NCBI GenBank assembly: GCA_030602585.1
Contig: JAUVZJ010000002.1
Span: 3,262-67,261 of the forward strand
Source: Candidatus Methanophagales archaeon
GTDB lineage: Archaea; Halobacteriota; Syntropharchaeia; Alkanophagales; Methanospirareceae
DNA length: 64,000 bases
Direction: 5' to 3'
The translations under genes were made by a program, and so were the position numbers. The notes beneath the pieces were generated by a model that was not told the origin of the DNA, searched no databases, and saw only the letters and a program-made list of their open reading frames with translations. Shown here one piece after another: positions 38,438-49,658 of the stretch (its first letter is position 1; the number at the start of each line of letters is the position of its first letter).

Positions 38438-39592
38438 CTAATCTCTTGCCACACTTTCCTTTGTTTCTATCTCAGCCTCAACCTCTTTTTCACCTTTTAT
38501 TATCGCACTTCTCATATACCACGAGATTCTCACACCTATAAGTGATATGATAACCGCACCAAGTATGGAGAGGAAGAGGTATAGATAGCCCATCGGATAA
38601 TTACCCTTGCTTAACAAAATTATACATTTGCTCCCTCCCCAGAGAATCAGCCCAGAGGCAATTATAGAGAATAATATAGCCCACTGCCTGACTATTTTTT
38701 CCCCTTCTATGAGCATATTCGTCATCTTACCAATAAGAGGAGCGAGTGCTGCTCCCACATACCACCATATCGCCCCCTTGACATAGTGCATCAGACCCGT
38801 TAATAAAATACGCTCACTTGCTTCGAGCGGTTGTATATATTTATCATATTCCACGATACCTAGAAAGGTGCCAGCTAAGAGTAGCACAAATGCACAGATG
38901 TAAGAGACAAACGAGATTCTACCGCTATAAATGGATTGCTTCACGGTATTAAAGAACTCGCGCATGAGATTTTCAAGTCCAAATCCTTTAAGTAATAGGT
39001 AAATCCCTATAAACCCAAAAATTAGCCCTACTGCCCATCCTGGCTGTCCAACCATGAAAGAGATGAATAATGCAATAAAAATAAGACCTATGGGCGGCAA
39101 GAAAGTGCGAGAAAACTTCGGGTCCTCGAATAATCGCTTCATCACATAAAAAGTGCTTTCCAATGGCTCACTCTGCCTCACCACCACTCTCCGCACAGAA
39201 TCTATCTTCACCCTTGATTGGATAATGGGAATAATCAATTCGTCCTCTGCGCCATCACTCACGAGAATTGCGGAATCAGCCCATGATTTGGACAGAACCT
39301 CATCCAGTTCTTTACCTATTTTTATGTCCGACTCTATTCCGACATTCTTATCGCCTGCAACCAAAACAACTTCAACCTCAGCGCCTTCTTCACCTGAACT
39401 CAATTTTTCATATATTCTAATTGCTTCAAATATCGCATTTATATCCGAATCCTCAGAATCCGCGAGTGCCAATTTTGTTGCTGCTGATAAACTCGCCTCT
39501 CTACCTATAATCGGCGTCTCTAAGCCTGTTTTCTCTCCTATGTCATTATCCCGGTCTACGCAAATAACAAGCGTCTTCACCAGTTTACTCAT
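38438..39592 (-). CDS. DUF373-family archaeal membrane protein
   Basis: A soluble N-terminal domain (LVICVDRDNDIG...VLVAGD) is followed by at least 5 TM helices, the architecture typical of DUF373. Confidence 0.5.
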   Translation of the reverse strand: MSKLVKTLVICVDRDNDIGEKTGLETPIIGREASLSAATKLALADSEDSDINAIFEAIRIYEKLSSGEEGAEVEVVLVAGDKNVGIESDIKIGKELDEVLSKSWADSAILVSDGAEDELIIPIIQSRVKIDSVRRVVVRQSEPLESTFYVMKRLFEDPKFSRTFLPPIGLIFIALFISFMVGQPGWAVGLIFGFIGIYLLLKGFGLENLMREFFNTVKQSIYSGRISFVSYICAFVLLLAGTFLGIVEYDKYIQPLEASERILLTGLMHYVKGAIWWYVGAALAPLIGKMTNMLIEGEKIVRQWAILFSIIASGLILWGGSKCIILLSKGNYPMGYLYLFLSILGAVIISLIGVRISWYMRSAIIKGEKEVEAEIETKESVARD

Positions 39593-39631
39593 CTATTATT
39601 TTTATTCCCCACTTTAATATATAAACATTTT

Positions 39632-41128
<1,497 letters not shown>

Positions 41129-41155
41129 TTTAAACTTTTTGTTTCGTTCTCTTTT

Positions 41156-42199
41156 CTAAAGAAAGTTTGACCAGTAGCTTTTTTGCACTTCTTTTATCTC
41201 TTCCACTCTTTTCTTCACCTGCTCATTCTTACTTACCGCACCCTTTCCCATCGCGCCTTCATTTGATAAAAGTGAATTGAAAACAGATAAAGCAGACTCT
41301 GCGATAGCATCCAGATTATATCCTCCCTCTAAAGCCATTACAATTCTCCCTTTGCTGTTCTTTTTCGCTGTCTCCTTTAGCACATCCGCGAATAACCCGA
41401 ATCCCGGAGATGTTACATTCATTGATGCCAGGGGGTCAGCAACGTGTGCATCAAATCCTGCGGATACGAGCACAAATTCAGGTCTGAACTCCATAGCTAT
41501 CGGCACTAAAATATTATTTAACGCATATAAATAGCCAGCGTCATCAGTACCGGCTGGAAGCGGGACATTAACCGTGAAACCTTCTCCTTCGCCTTTACCT
41601 ACTTCATCTATCCATCCTGTGCCGGGATAATGGGGGTGTTGATGTGTGGAGAAATACAAAACAGAGGGGTCCTCGAAAAACACATCCTGCGTGCCATTAC
41701 CATGATGCACGTCCCAGTCAGCAATCAAAATGCGTTTAATACCATATTTTCTCTTTAAATGCTCAGCAGCAATCGCCATATTGTTAAATATGCAGAATCC
41801 CATACCTCTATTCGTGGTAGCGTGATGCCCCGGTGGTCTTATCAAAGCAAAAATGTGCTTCAGGTTATTAGACCCATCCATTACTTCGTCAACCGCTTTT
41901 ATTACTCCACCCGCAGAGAGCAGTGCTATTTCATAAGTATCTCTACACAATGGCGTATCCGGATCGAGCATGCCACCGCCTCCCTTGCACATCGCTTCCA
42001 CCTTCTTCACGTATGCATCGGCATGCACATACGCTATTTGCTCTTTCGATGTCTTCGTCGGAGTAATTCTCTTCATCTTTTCAGTAATACCCGCTTCTTC
42101 CAGCTTCTTCGTTATGTATATCAGCCGTTCGGCGCTCTCTGGATGATCCCCTGTGTCATGTCTCAGGTAATCCTCGTGATAGACGAATCCTGTATTCAT
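41156..42199 (-). CDS. Histone deacetylase-family amidohydrolase (AcuC/acetylpolyamine amidohydrolase-like)
   Basis: Motifs present: YHEDYLRHDTGDHPE, HHG.G and DWDVHHGNGTQ. Confidence 0.8.
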   Translation of the reverse strand: MNTGFVYHEDYLRHDTGDHPESAERLIYITKKLEEAGITEKMKRITPTKTSKEQIAYVHADAYVKKVEAMCKGGGGMLDPDTPLCRDTYEIALLSAGGVIKAVDEVMDGSNNLKHIFALIRPPGHHATTNRGMGFCIFNNMAIAAEHLKRKYGIKRILIADWDVHHGNGTQDVFFEDPSVLYFSTHQHPHYPGTGWIDEVGKGEGEGFTVNVPLPAGTDDAGYLYALNNILVPIAMEFRPEFVLVSAGFDAHVADPLASMNVTSPGFGLFADVLKETAKKNSKGRIVMALEGGYNLDAIAESALSVFNSLLSNEGAMGKGAVSKNEQVKKRVEEIKEVQKSYWSNFL

Positions 42200-42234
42200 C
42201 TTATCTTATTCTTTTGAATTGAGATTATAACAAA

Positions 42235-42277
42235 CCTTTCTTTTCTAAAGAAAACAAAGCTTTACCAAAGAAAAAAG
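42235..42277. repeat. Recurrent intergenic motif instance (cctttcttttctaaagaaaacaaagctttaccaaagaaaaaag) in the divergent promoter region between the HDAC gene and signal peptidase
   Basis: It shows the same two cores as at 15569-15618, but in inverted order. Confidence 0.45.
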
Positions 42278-42332
42278 TCTTTGTAAATATAACTTTAATT
42301 GTTGGTAGGACAGGAGGCAAGTAAGTGCAGGG

Positions 42333-42863
42333 ATGAAAGAAGTATTAATAGAAATGGGTAAAAATCTGGTTGGGGCATTATTAATCGTTGTTATAATAAT
42401 TTCGGTGGCATACGCCGCTACGGGGACATGGCGTATAGGGTTCGCTGTTACCTCGGGAAGCATGGAACCGAATATGCAGGTAGGTGATTTGATTTTCGTG
42501 CAAGCACCAGAGCGCACGAACATCACGACATACGAAGAAGGTAAAATGCTCAATTATACATCATTTAACAATTATGGGGACGTGATTATATATCATCCGG
42601 ATGGGATGACCTCCGGGAGAATCATACATAGAGCAATGTATTGGGTAGAGAAAGGGGAAGAAATGCCGGATGGAAAGCCTGCTCCTCATGCGGGATATAT
42701 CACTAAAGGTGACAATAATCTCTATCACGATCAGGATCCAAGAGCATTCGGGTATGAGCCTGTGAAACCTGAATGGGTTATAGCGGTGCCGAAAGCAAGA
42801 ATCCCTTACTTGGGCTATCCTACTTTTAAACTTGACCAGGCTAAAAAAAGCTTTTTAAGCTGA
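42333..42863 (+). CDS. Signal peptidase I, archaeal (Sec11/S26B-type)
   Basis: An N-terminal TM segment is followed by the catalytic Ser box VTSGSMEP. A His/Asp region lies downstream. Confidence 0.75.
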   Translation: MKEVLIEMGKNLVGALLIVVIIISVAYAATGTWRIGFAVTSGSMEPNMQVGDLIFVQAPERTNITTYEEGKMLNYTSFNNYGDVIIYHPDGMTSGRIIHRAMYWVEKGEEMPDGKPAPHAGYITKGDNNLYHDQDPRAFGYEPVKPEWVIAVPKARIPYLGYPTFKLDQAKKSFLS

Positions 42864-42881
42864 GTGGAGTAATAGAAAAGT

Positions 42882-43403
42882 ATGGGGAGAAAACCAGCTC
42901 GTATGTACACGCGGGTGTCAGGACATGCGTATGTGCGAAGGGAATACATGGGGGGAGTGCCGGGAAGCAAGATAGCAATTTTCGATATGGGCAATCTCAG
43001 CAGAGAGTTCCCTGTTTCTTTATCCTTAGTTGCAAAGGAAGCATGTCAAATAAGGCACAATGCATTAGAAGCGGCGAGGATTTTTGCTAATAGATACCTG
43101 GTAACGGGCATAGGGCGAAATAATTTTTACTTGAAAATAAGAGTGTATCCGCATCATGTGCTAAGAGAGAACAAATTGGCGGTTGGCGCAGGTGCAGACC
43201 GTGTATCGAGTGGTATGAGACACGCATTTGGGCGACCCGTAAGTAGTGCCGCAAGGGTGAAGAGCGGGCAAAAGATAATTAGCGTCGGGGTCGAGGAGCA
43301 AAATTTCGTGCTTGCAAAGGAAGCTTTGAAACGGGCAAGTCATAAGCTACCCACACCTTGTAAGATTGTAATAGACAAAGGCGAGGAGTTAGTGGCTGCG
43401 TAA
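42882..43403 (+). CDS. rpl10e: 50S ribosomal protein L10e (uL16)
   Basis: The N-terminus [22 protein letters not shown] is highly conserved in L10e. Confidence 0.9.
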   Translation: MGRKPARMYTRVSGHAYVRREYMGGVPGSKIAIFDMGNLSREFPVSLSLVAKEACQIRHNALEAARIFANRYLVTGIGRNNFYLKIRVYPHHVLRENKLAVGAGADRVSSGMRHAFGRPVSSAARVKSGQKIISVGVEEQNFVLAKEALKRASHKLPTPCKIVIDKGEELVAA

Positions 43404-43418
43404 AGAAGAAATTTTTTA

Positions 43419-43934
43419 TCAGAGTATATAAACTTTGAAATTCGGTTTCTCAAGTTCTCCCCCGTTCAATTTCCTCTTCACTAACTCTTGTATAGTATGT
43501 GCCAATTCATCGCATTGACTGGCGGGGTCCCCGGTCTTCGAAATGTATCTGTCCGCCCCCTTGTTCATAGCTTCCACAGCTACTTCCTCTCCTCCTTTAT
43601 CGGTGAAAATGATGAAAGGTGTATCCGTATATTTTTCATTTTTTCTCACCGCTTCCAAAAAATCTATACCGCTCATTCCCGGCATCTTATAATCTGTGAT
43701 AATGACATCAAAATGCTCACTTTCAAGTTTATTCAACGCTTCTTCTACGGAAAGCACACCGGAGATTTCAAAATCATCTTTCCATTCCTTTTTCAAGAAT
43801 ATTCTTGCTATCTCCAAATCCGCTGGTTCGTCATCCACGTGCAAAATCCGTATCGGTCTTGGTATCATATCTGAATCTCCGACTCGAAATTGTATTCTAT
43901 CCCATCCCCACATGTTTATAATTTTATGTAGCAT
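43419..43934 (-). CDS. CheY-like response regulator receiver protein. The start is probably the internal Met at 43868.
   Basis: Motifs present: RILHVDDEP, IITDYKMPGMSGIDFL and IIFTDKG. Confidence 0.8.
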   Translation of the reverse strand: MLHKIINMWGWDRIQFRVGDSDMIPRPIRILHVDDEPADLEIARIFLKKEWKDDFEISGVLSVEEALNKLESEHFDVIITDYKMPGMSGIDFLEAVRKNEKYTDTPFIIFTDKGGEEVAVEAMNKGADRYISKTGDPASQCDELAHTIQELVKRKLNGGELEKPNFKVYIL

Positions 43935-44016
43935 AGGGGATAATTAGTTGAAAGTTACCTCCTATAAAACTTTCGGTATTGTTTCCAGTGGAGGGAGAGA
44001 AATTATACACCAAAAT

Positions 44017-44730
44017 CTATGAACTTGTTAGCTCCTCAACCACACTCTCACATTTCTCCCGCATTATCCTCGCTGCTTCTTCTACTATCTCATCTACCGG
44101 CAAAGAGCCATCCCCCTCAACAGTAACAAGTAATGCGTTCTTATGTTCTTCTTCGCCTTGCGTGTCTTTGTAACTACATGCGGTAACAGGCTGCCATTTC
44201 GCATGCTCTTTCCCCTTGCCCAGTCTTGCTATCGCTTCCAGAGAAATCTTTTGCCTCGCAATCGATTTTATAATCCCAATCTCTTTTTCCGTTGAAATCA
44301 ACTTCACAATCGGTATATTTTCAAACGCCGCTTCCACTTTTGGGTCAGACGAGATGAGTTCCTTAGAATAAACCATCGTGTAGCCCGCTCTTTCAGGGCT
44401 TACCGCTTCTAAATTCAGAAAAAACACGTCATCAGCACTATAAGCACCAAGGTCTGTCTTCAATGGTATCAACGCCAGACGCAATGCTAATTGCTCGTCG
44501 TATAATAAAGATGTATTCTCGTGAATGTTCACTTCATCAATTGCAAGTTTCGGCACTTCTGCAATCATTGCTCTTCTAAGTGCATTTGCAAACCGCACTT
44601 TCACACCTGAAAGCACGAATTTTACTTCGTTCTCCCCACGTTCCACTATTTTTACTTCCATAAACTTTTTTGCACGCAAAAACCTAAACTCTTCTTCCTC
44701 TCCTTCCACCAGGGCGCTTCGTGCCGTCAT
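44017..44730 (-). CDS. rpoD: DNA-directed RNA polymerase subunit D (Rpo3)
   Basis: The sequence [14 protein letters not shown]...LALIPL is present. The gene sits in the conserved S13-S4-S11-RpoD gene order. Confidence 0.85.
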   Translation of the reverse strand: MTARSALVEGEEEEFRFLRAKKFMEVKIVERGENEVKFVLSGVKVRFANALRRAMIAEVPKLAIDEVNIHENTSLLYDEQLALRLALIPLKTDLGAYSADDVFFLNLEAVSPERAGYTMVYSKELISSDPKVEAAFENIPIVKLISTEKEIGIIKSIARQKISLEAIARLGKGKEHAKWQPVTACSYKDTQGEEEHKNALLVTVEGDGSLPVDEIVEEAARIMREKCESVVEELTSS

Positions 44731-45073
44731 GCGGTATCGGCGTCACGTCCTCTATTTTCCCTATTCGCAGTCCTGCGCGGGCAAAAGCTCTTATCGCCGC
44801 TTGTGCACCGGGAGCAGTTGTTCTCGATTTACGCCCCGCTGCCGCTTTTACTTTTACATGTATCCCTCGTATTTCTCGCTCTTTTAGTTTATCCGCAAGT
44901 TGCGTTGCCATCTGCATCGCGATATAAGGAGAACTCTCATCGCGGTCCGATTTTGCTATCATCCCTCCAGAAGCCTTTGCAATCGTTTCCGCACCTGTTA
45001 TATCAGTAATCGTGATAATGGTGTTATTAAACGAAGAAAATATATGCGCTATTGCCCATCTGTAATCTGCCAT
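44684..45073 (-). CDS. rps11: 30S ribosomal protein S11 (uS11)
   Basis: The sequence [21 protein letters not shown] is present. Length is 129 aa. Confidence 0.9.
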   Translation of the reverse strand: MADYRWAIAHIFSSFNNTIITITDITGAETIAKASGGMIAKSDRDESSPYIAMQMATQLADKLKEREIRGIHVKVKAAAGRKSRTTAPGAQAAIRAFARAGLRIGKIEDVTPIPHDGTKRPGGRRGRRV

Positions 45074-45075
45074 TT

Positions 45076-45621
45076 TTATTCTGCTCCCTCCTCTACTACT
45101 CCTTTCTCCTCGGAGGTGGCGGGAATCTGCCCATAATAGCCTATTTTCCCTTCCTCCTCCACGTTCACTATATAAGAAGGAATGGTAACTCTTCTACCAT
45201 TAACGGCAATATGACCGTGAACGATGAGTTGCCGGGCGTGTTTTACCGAATTAGCGAGTCCCGTTTTATGCACCCTTGTCTGTAGCCTCCTTTCCAGGAC
45301 ATCCTCTATACTCAGCGCCAAAACGTCTTCTAATTTCGGGGCACCTTCTCCTTCTTTCAATATATTCCGCCTTTTTAAGCTTGCCAGGATGTCTTCTTTC
45401 TTCTTTAACGTATGTTCTGTGGGCTTCATCCCTGCTATTTCCGCTAAAATCTCCCTTATTTCCCTTCGGTATTTCTTTACAATGCTTGCTGCCTTCCATA
45501 TCTCTCTCTTATTCTTTAGTCCATACTTCTCAGCTAACTCCTTCTCCTCCTTTATTCTGTTTATTTCCCAGGGTCTTCTCGGCTTCTCATACGTCTTCCT
45601 TCTTCTCTTCGGATGTCCCAT
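45076..45621 (-). CDS. rps4: 30S ribosomal protein S4 (uS4)
   Basis: The sequence [19 protein letters not shown] is present, followed by an S4 RNA-binding domain. Confidence 0.9.
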   Translation of the reverse strand: MGHPKRRRKTYEKPRRPWEINRIKEEKELAEKYGLKNKREIWKAASIVKKYRREIREILAEIAGMKPTEHTLKKKEDILASLKRRNILKEGEGAPKLEDVLALSIEDVLERRLQTRVHKTGLANSVKHARQLIVHGHIAVNGRRVTIPSYIVNVEEEGKIGYYGQIPATSEEKGVVEEGAE

Positions 45622-45626
45622 ATTAT

Positions 45627-46157
45627 TTACCTACCTCCCCTCTTCCCACCTGCCTTTGCTGCTGCTGCTAATTGTTTCTTTCTTAATACTCCTACTACCA
45701 ATCCTTTTCGTCCCGTTGATTTTGTTCTTTGACCCCTCACTTTCAGTCCCCGTTCATACCTTATGCCCCGGTAAGACCTTATCTTGCGCAACAAATTTAT
45801 GTCCTCTCGTAACTTCAACATGAGGTCCGACCCCATTATATGCTTATCATCTCCACTAATTAAGTCTTTTCTCCTGTTCAGCATCCACCACGGCAATCGC
45901 TTCTCTGCACTGCTAATCGCGCTCCTTAACCGCTCTATTTCATCGTCTGCGAGCTCACCCATTTTTGCCCTCGGGTCTATTCCTGTAGAAGTAACAATCA
46001 CCTTTGCTACTCTTCTTCCTATTCCCTTTACCCCGCATAGCGAATATGCTACGCTTCTTTTACCATCTAAGTCGGTATCCAGAATCCTGACAATATGCTT
46101 GAACTCCTCCTTCTCTTCTTCCTTTTCCTCTTCTCTTTTTTCCGCTTCTTCGCTCAT
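45627..46157 (-). CDS. rps13: 30S ribosomal protein S13 (uS13)
   Basis: The sequence VRILDTDLDGKRSVAYSLCGVKGIGRRVAKVI is present. Confidence 0.9.
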   Translation of the reverse strand: MSEEAEKREEEKEEEKEEFKHIVRILDTDLDGKRSVAYSLCGVKGIGRRVAKVIVTSTGIDPRAKMGELADDEIERLRSAISSAEKRLPWWMLNRRKDLISGDDKHIMGSDLMLKLREDINLLRKIRSYRGIRYERGLKVRGQRTKSTGRKGLVVGVLRKKQLAAAAKAGGKRGGR

Positions 46158-46256
46158 TCTTCTTTTAGCACAAACCTTTTCTTAGAAAGAAAAGCTTTAC
46201 CAAGAAATATATTTTTTCTTTTAGCACAGGTTTTCTTTTTTCTAAAAAGAAAAAGT
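46158..46256. repeat. Tandem pair of roughly 45-nt units (ttcttttagcacaRRyyttttctt[AG]aaagaaaag...), each containing the CTTTTCT/AGAAAAG inverted-repeat core. Unit 1 also carries AAGCTTTACCAAG.
   Basis: A direct repeat is visible between 46158-46207 and 46215-46256. It lies upstream of rps13 and downstream of the tRNA-Ser 3' end. Confidence 0.5.
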
Positions 46257-46263
46257 GTTGTTT

Positions 46264-46365
46264 CGCCGAGGAAGGGATTTGAACCCTTGAGTTCCTTTCG
46301 GAACACAGACTATCCGTTGGCTCCATAAACTCCAGGCCTGCGCCTTACCACTCAGCCACCTCGGC
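46264..46365 (-). tRNA. tRNA-Ser (anticodon GGA) with a long variable arm and an 18-nt intron at the canonical 37/38 position
   Basis: I folded this manually. The acceptor pairs GCCGAGG with CCTCGGC. The D-stem is 3 bp. The anticodon stem pairs CAGGC with GTCTG. The loop is CUGGAG|intron|A. The variable arm is a GTTCC-GAAA-GGAAC hairpin. The T-arm is AAGGG-TTCAAAT-CCCTT. The discriminator is G. Confidence 0.7.
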
Positions 46366-47346
46366 TCTTCGCCTCCATCCTTTCATATACGTCCCGGGCT
46401 TCATAAACACTTTCTCTGTTTCTACACATATACCTTTTTCCGCTCTGAACATATCTTCCGAGTTCATCTTTGCTTCGCCTATGCTCACCGCTTCCCCTTT
46501 TAATGTATATAATATCACACGAGTTCCTATATTTATTTCTTTTTCTATCCTCGAAATCCCGGGGGCAGTGAGGTCTGCACCATGACATATCGCATCAACA
46601 GCACTATCCTTTACAATTATGCACGGGAGATGCCCTAACGCATATTCCATTGGCATGATGAGTTTCCGTAGAAGGCTCTCATCCCCTTCCTCAAGAAAAA
46701 CGTATGCATCCTTCAAGTCCTGCAATTTCGTGAGATTATCCTCGTCGAAGGGAAATGATTTCGTCCTTCTCAACTGCGACATGTGCGCACCTACGCCTAA
46801 AGCGAGCCCGATATGATGGCAAAGCATTCTTATGTATGTTCCGGCTTCACAACCTACTCTCATCAACACGTTCTTACCCTCCACCTCTTTCATTTCGATG
46901 TAATGCACCGTCCTTATCCTTATCCGCCTCTTGACCGCGGACTTCAATGGCGGTCTTTGATATATCCTGCCCACGAATTCCTCGCTTATCTTCCTCAGCG
47001 CATCCTCCTCAACATCCCGGTGCAGTTTCATCACGCACACATATTCTTTATCGGCGATGAAAGTATCGGCTAACTTCGTTGCCGTTCCGAGCAAGACGGG
47101 CAGCACCCCTGTAACCTTCGGGTCAAGTGTTCCAGTATGTGCCGCCTTATTTATCTTCAATATATCTTTTATCCATGCAACCACTTCATGGGATGTTGGA
47201 CCCGCAGGCTTATCTATATTAACCACGCCTCTTTCGACATGCTCCCTTATTGAGCGAGCTTCTGGTGCGCATCCGTATCTTGGGTCGGTAAAAGAGGGCG
47301 ATTTTTCCAATTTGCATCTTTCTAACGGTTTTTCGCTTTTAATCAT
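46345..47346 (-). CDS. cbf5: H/ACA RNP pseudouridine synthase Cbf5 (TruB family) with a C-terminal PUA domain
   Basis: The TruB catalytic block NIDKPAGPTSHEVVAWIK...HTGTLDPKVTGVLPVLLG is present, followed by a PUA domain. The ORF's last 7 or so codons overlap the tRNA-Ser 5' end, so the real stop may be the same and the overlap genuine. Confidence 0.85.
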   Translation of the reverse strand: MIKSEKPLERCKLEKSPSFTDPRYGCAPEARSIREHVERGVVNIDKPAGPTSHEVVAWIKDILKINKAAHTGTLDPKVTGVLPVLLGTATKLADTFIADKEYVCVMKLHRDVEEDALRKISEEFVGRIYQRPPLKSAVKRRIRIRTVHYIEMKEVEGKNVLMRVGCEAGTYIRMLCHHIGLALGVGAHMSQLRRTKSFPFDEDNLTKLQDLKDAYVFLEEGDESLLRKLIMPMEYALGHLPCIIVKDSAVDAICHGADLTAPGISRIEKEINIGTRVILYTLKGEAVSIGEAKMNSEDMFRAEKGICVETEKVFMKPGTYMKGWRRRAEVAEW

Positions 47347-47372
47347 CAGATAAACATACTCATTTCAAAGAT

Positions 47373-48437
47373 TTAAATTATCAATTCATACAGCGTATCC
47401 CGCCTCTTAGGCGTTCTCCCCGCATCTTTTATCAGTCTCTCGAAGTCCTCGGGACTCATATATTCACCAGCCAGGGAACCCGATAACCTTGAGATATTCT
47501 CTTCCATTAAAGTCCCACCCAGGTCATTCACACCAAAATAAAGCATCTTCTGCACGTCCCTCATACCCAACTTCACCCACGACGCCTGTATATTATTGCA
47601 ATAGGGATGAAGAATAACTCTCGATAACGCATGAACCATTGCAGTTTCCAGAAAAGAAACATTTCTGTTCACCATTCTCCCCAATTCGTTGTTCCTTCGC
47701 ATGAACTTCAGCAGTACAAACTCTGTAAATCCTCCGGTCTCCTTTTGTATCTCCCTTATCTTAAATATATGGTCTATTCTGTCCTCCAGTGATTCAATAT
47801 GCCCGTACATGATTGTTGCCGTTGATGGAATTCCCAACCGATGTGCTGTCTTTATTATCTCCACCCATTTCTCCGTTTCTATTTTCCCCGGGCATATTAT
47901 TTCTCTTATGGAATCATCGAGTATTTCCGCAGCCGTTCCCGGAATAGAACCCAGTCCCGCATTTTTTAATTCTTTTAACACCTCCTCCTCGCTCATCCCG
48001 GAATTCTTTGCCACATGGTATATCTCCATTGGCGAAAAGGCGTGTATATGCACGTCAAACTTCGATTTTATGCTTTCAATAATTCCACAATAGTCAGTCA
48101 GGGCAAGGTCGGGGTGCAATCCACCTTGAATACATATCTCCGTTGACTCGTTATTCACCGCTTCCTCTACCTTACTCAAAACCGCATCCATACTCAACAA
48201 ATATCCTTCCTCCTTCTCTTCCCCGAACGCACAGAACTTACACGCACCCACACAGATATTTGTAAAGTTTATGTTTCTGTTCACCACGTAGGTAACAATG
48301 TCTCCTTTCTCCTCCCTTCGCAACTCATCTGCAATGCAGAATAAATAAAAAGGGTTACCTGCTAAAAATATCGCATCTCCTCTCTCAACCTTACCCTTCC
48401 TTATCCTCTCGTATAAACCATCAAAATCCTCTTTCAT
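47373..48437 (-). CDS. cofH: Radical-SAM FO synthase subunit CofH-like protein (CofH/MqnC family)
   Basis: The motif NRNINFTNICVGACKFCAF (CxxxCxxC) is present. ICIQGGLHPDL, HIHAFSPMEI and TIMYGHIES match CofH/MqnC-type enzymes. Confidence 0.6.
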   Translation of the reverse strand: MKEDFDGLYERIRKGKVERGDAIFLAGNPFYLFCIADELRREEKGDIVTYVVNRNINFTNICVGACKFCAFGEEKEEGYLLSMDAVLSKVEEAVNNESTEICIQGGLHPDLALTDYCGIIESIKSKFDVHIHAFSPMEIYHVAKNSGMSEEEVLKELKNAGLGSIPGTAAEILDDSIREIICPGKIETEKWVEIIKTAHRLGIPSTATIMYGHIESLEDRIDHIFKIREIQKETGGFTEFVLLKFMRRNNELGRMVNRNVSFLETAMVHALSRVILHPYCNNIQASWVKLGMRDVQKMLYFGVNDLGGTLMEENISRLSGSLAGEYMSPEDFERLIKDAGRTPKRRDTLYELII

Positions 48438-48455
48438 CTGTTAAAATCCCAAATC

Positions 48456-48625
48456 CCAATATATGCCAATACTACCAAACAAACTCCAAATCCCAATACT
48501 ACCAAAAACCTTCCTTTAAAAGTTTTGCCTGCTTTTCTTTTTCTAAAAGAAAAGAGTTTAGTTGGAATTTGGAAATTGGGATTTACTTGGGATTTGGTAG
48601 TATTTGTCATTGGGATTTAATTGAC
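48456..48625. repeat. Imperfect inverted repeat (ccaaatcccaatactaccaaa ... tttggtagtatt..attgggatttgg). It flanks a copy of the cttttctttttctaaaagaaaag motif in the cofH upstream region.
   Basis: The arms are 48486-48507 and 48585-48611. The internal direct repeat CCAAATCCCAATA(T/C)TACCAAA occurs twice. Confidence 0.4.
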
Positions 48626-48633
48626 CTCCTTCC

Positions 48634-49656
48634 CTATTTCCCCCCCTTCTTACTCACTATTCCCGTTATTATCTCCCTGTTAAGGTCAAATACCGTTGTT
48701 GTCTCCGCTCCATCCGTTATTCGCAATTTCTTGCTTGCATCCACCTCACCAATGATAGAAGCCTCCATCCCAGCGTCTCTGAATATCTTTATACACTCGG
48801 CTCCTTTTTCCTCGTTCTCGACCGTGAGGACAAAACCTGTCCCGGGATACATCTTTAACCACTGCTCAAAAGACATTTGTTCCGAATCAGGTCTTGGTAT
48901 CTTATCCAGCTCCACCATTGCTCCTGCTCCTGAACACTCAAGTAACATCCCAAGCGTGCCTAAAGTGCCGGGATTGCTTATGTCTTTCCCAGCGGTTGCT
49001 AACTTTTTCTCCCCTATCTCCACCATTGCTTCCAATTGCCCTTTTATCTCGGCTGGAGACTTTTTTGACGTGGTGTCCCATGCCAGATTGTAACTCGGAT
49101 ATATTCTGCCATCGAGGTCAATCGCTGCTAATACCTTGTCACCGGGTTTCGCACCGCTCGAATAGATAACACTATCCTTTTTTACCGTTCCTATTATCCC
49201 AACGTCGAGCGCATCATAAGCAGTGTCAGGATGTAAATGCCCCCCTACCATTGGCACGCCGAATTTTCTCACGCCGTCTTCCATTCCTCTTCCCAATTCT
49301 GAACATATATCCTTATTCTGCGTTGATGTCAGGTTCACCATAGCTAAAGGAGTGCCGCCCATCGCCGCTATGTCATTCACATTTACAAGCACAGAGCAAT
49401 ATCCCGCCCACCAGGGGTCTGCATTCAACAATTTACCCCAGATACCATCCACGGCAAGTAAAATGAAGTTATCATCACCCATTTCAAGCACTGCTGCATC
49501 CTCTCCAAAACCCATTATCGTTCGACCTCCTACTTTATCTGAATCACCCAGCATTTTTACAAGATCAGTTATAGCTCTTTTTCGCTTCACTCCATCGAAG
49601 TTTCTCAGCGCTTCTGCCAGCGATTCCAGCTCTTCGCCTTCTTTCACGCTTACCAT
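48634..49656 (-). CDS. AIR-synthase-related (PurM-superfamily) protein
   Basis: The PurM-like N-domain motifs GEDAAVLE...LLAVDGI and VNDIAAMGGTPLAM are present, followed by a C-terminal PurM_C-like domain. Length is 340 aa. Confidence 0.55.
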   Translation of the reverse strand: MVSVKEGEELESLAEALRNFDGVKRKRAITDLVKMLGDSDKVGGRTIMGFGEDAAVLEMGDDNFILLAVDGIWGKLLNADPWWAGYCSVLVNVNDIAAMGGTPLAMVNLTSTQNKDICSELGRGMEDGVRKFGVPMVGGHLHPDTAYDALDVGIIGTVKKDSVIYSSGAKPGDKVLAAIDLDGRIYPSYNLAWDTTSKKSPAEIKGQLEAMVEIGEKKLATAGKDISNPGTLGTLGMLLECSGAGAMVELDKIPRPDSEQMSFEQWLKMYPGTGFVLTVENEEKGAECIKIFRDAGMEASIIGEVDASKKLRITDGAETTTVFDLNREIITGIVSKKGGK

Positions 49657-49658
49657 TT

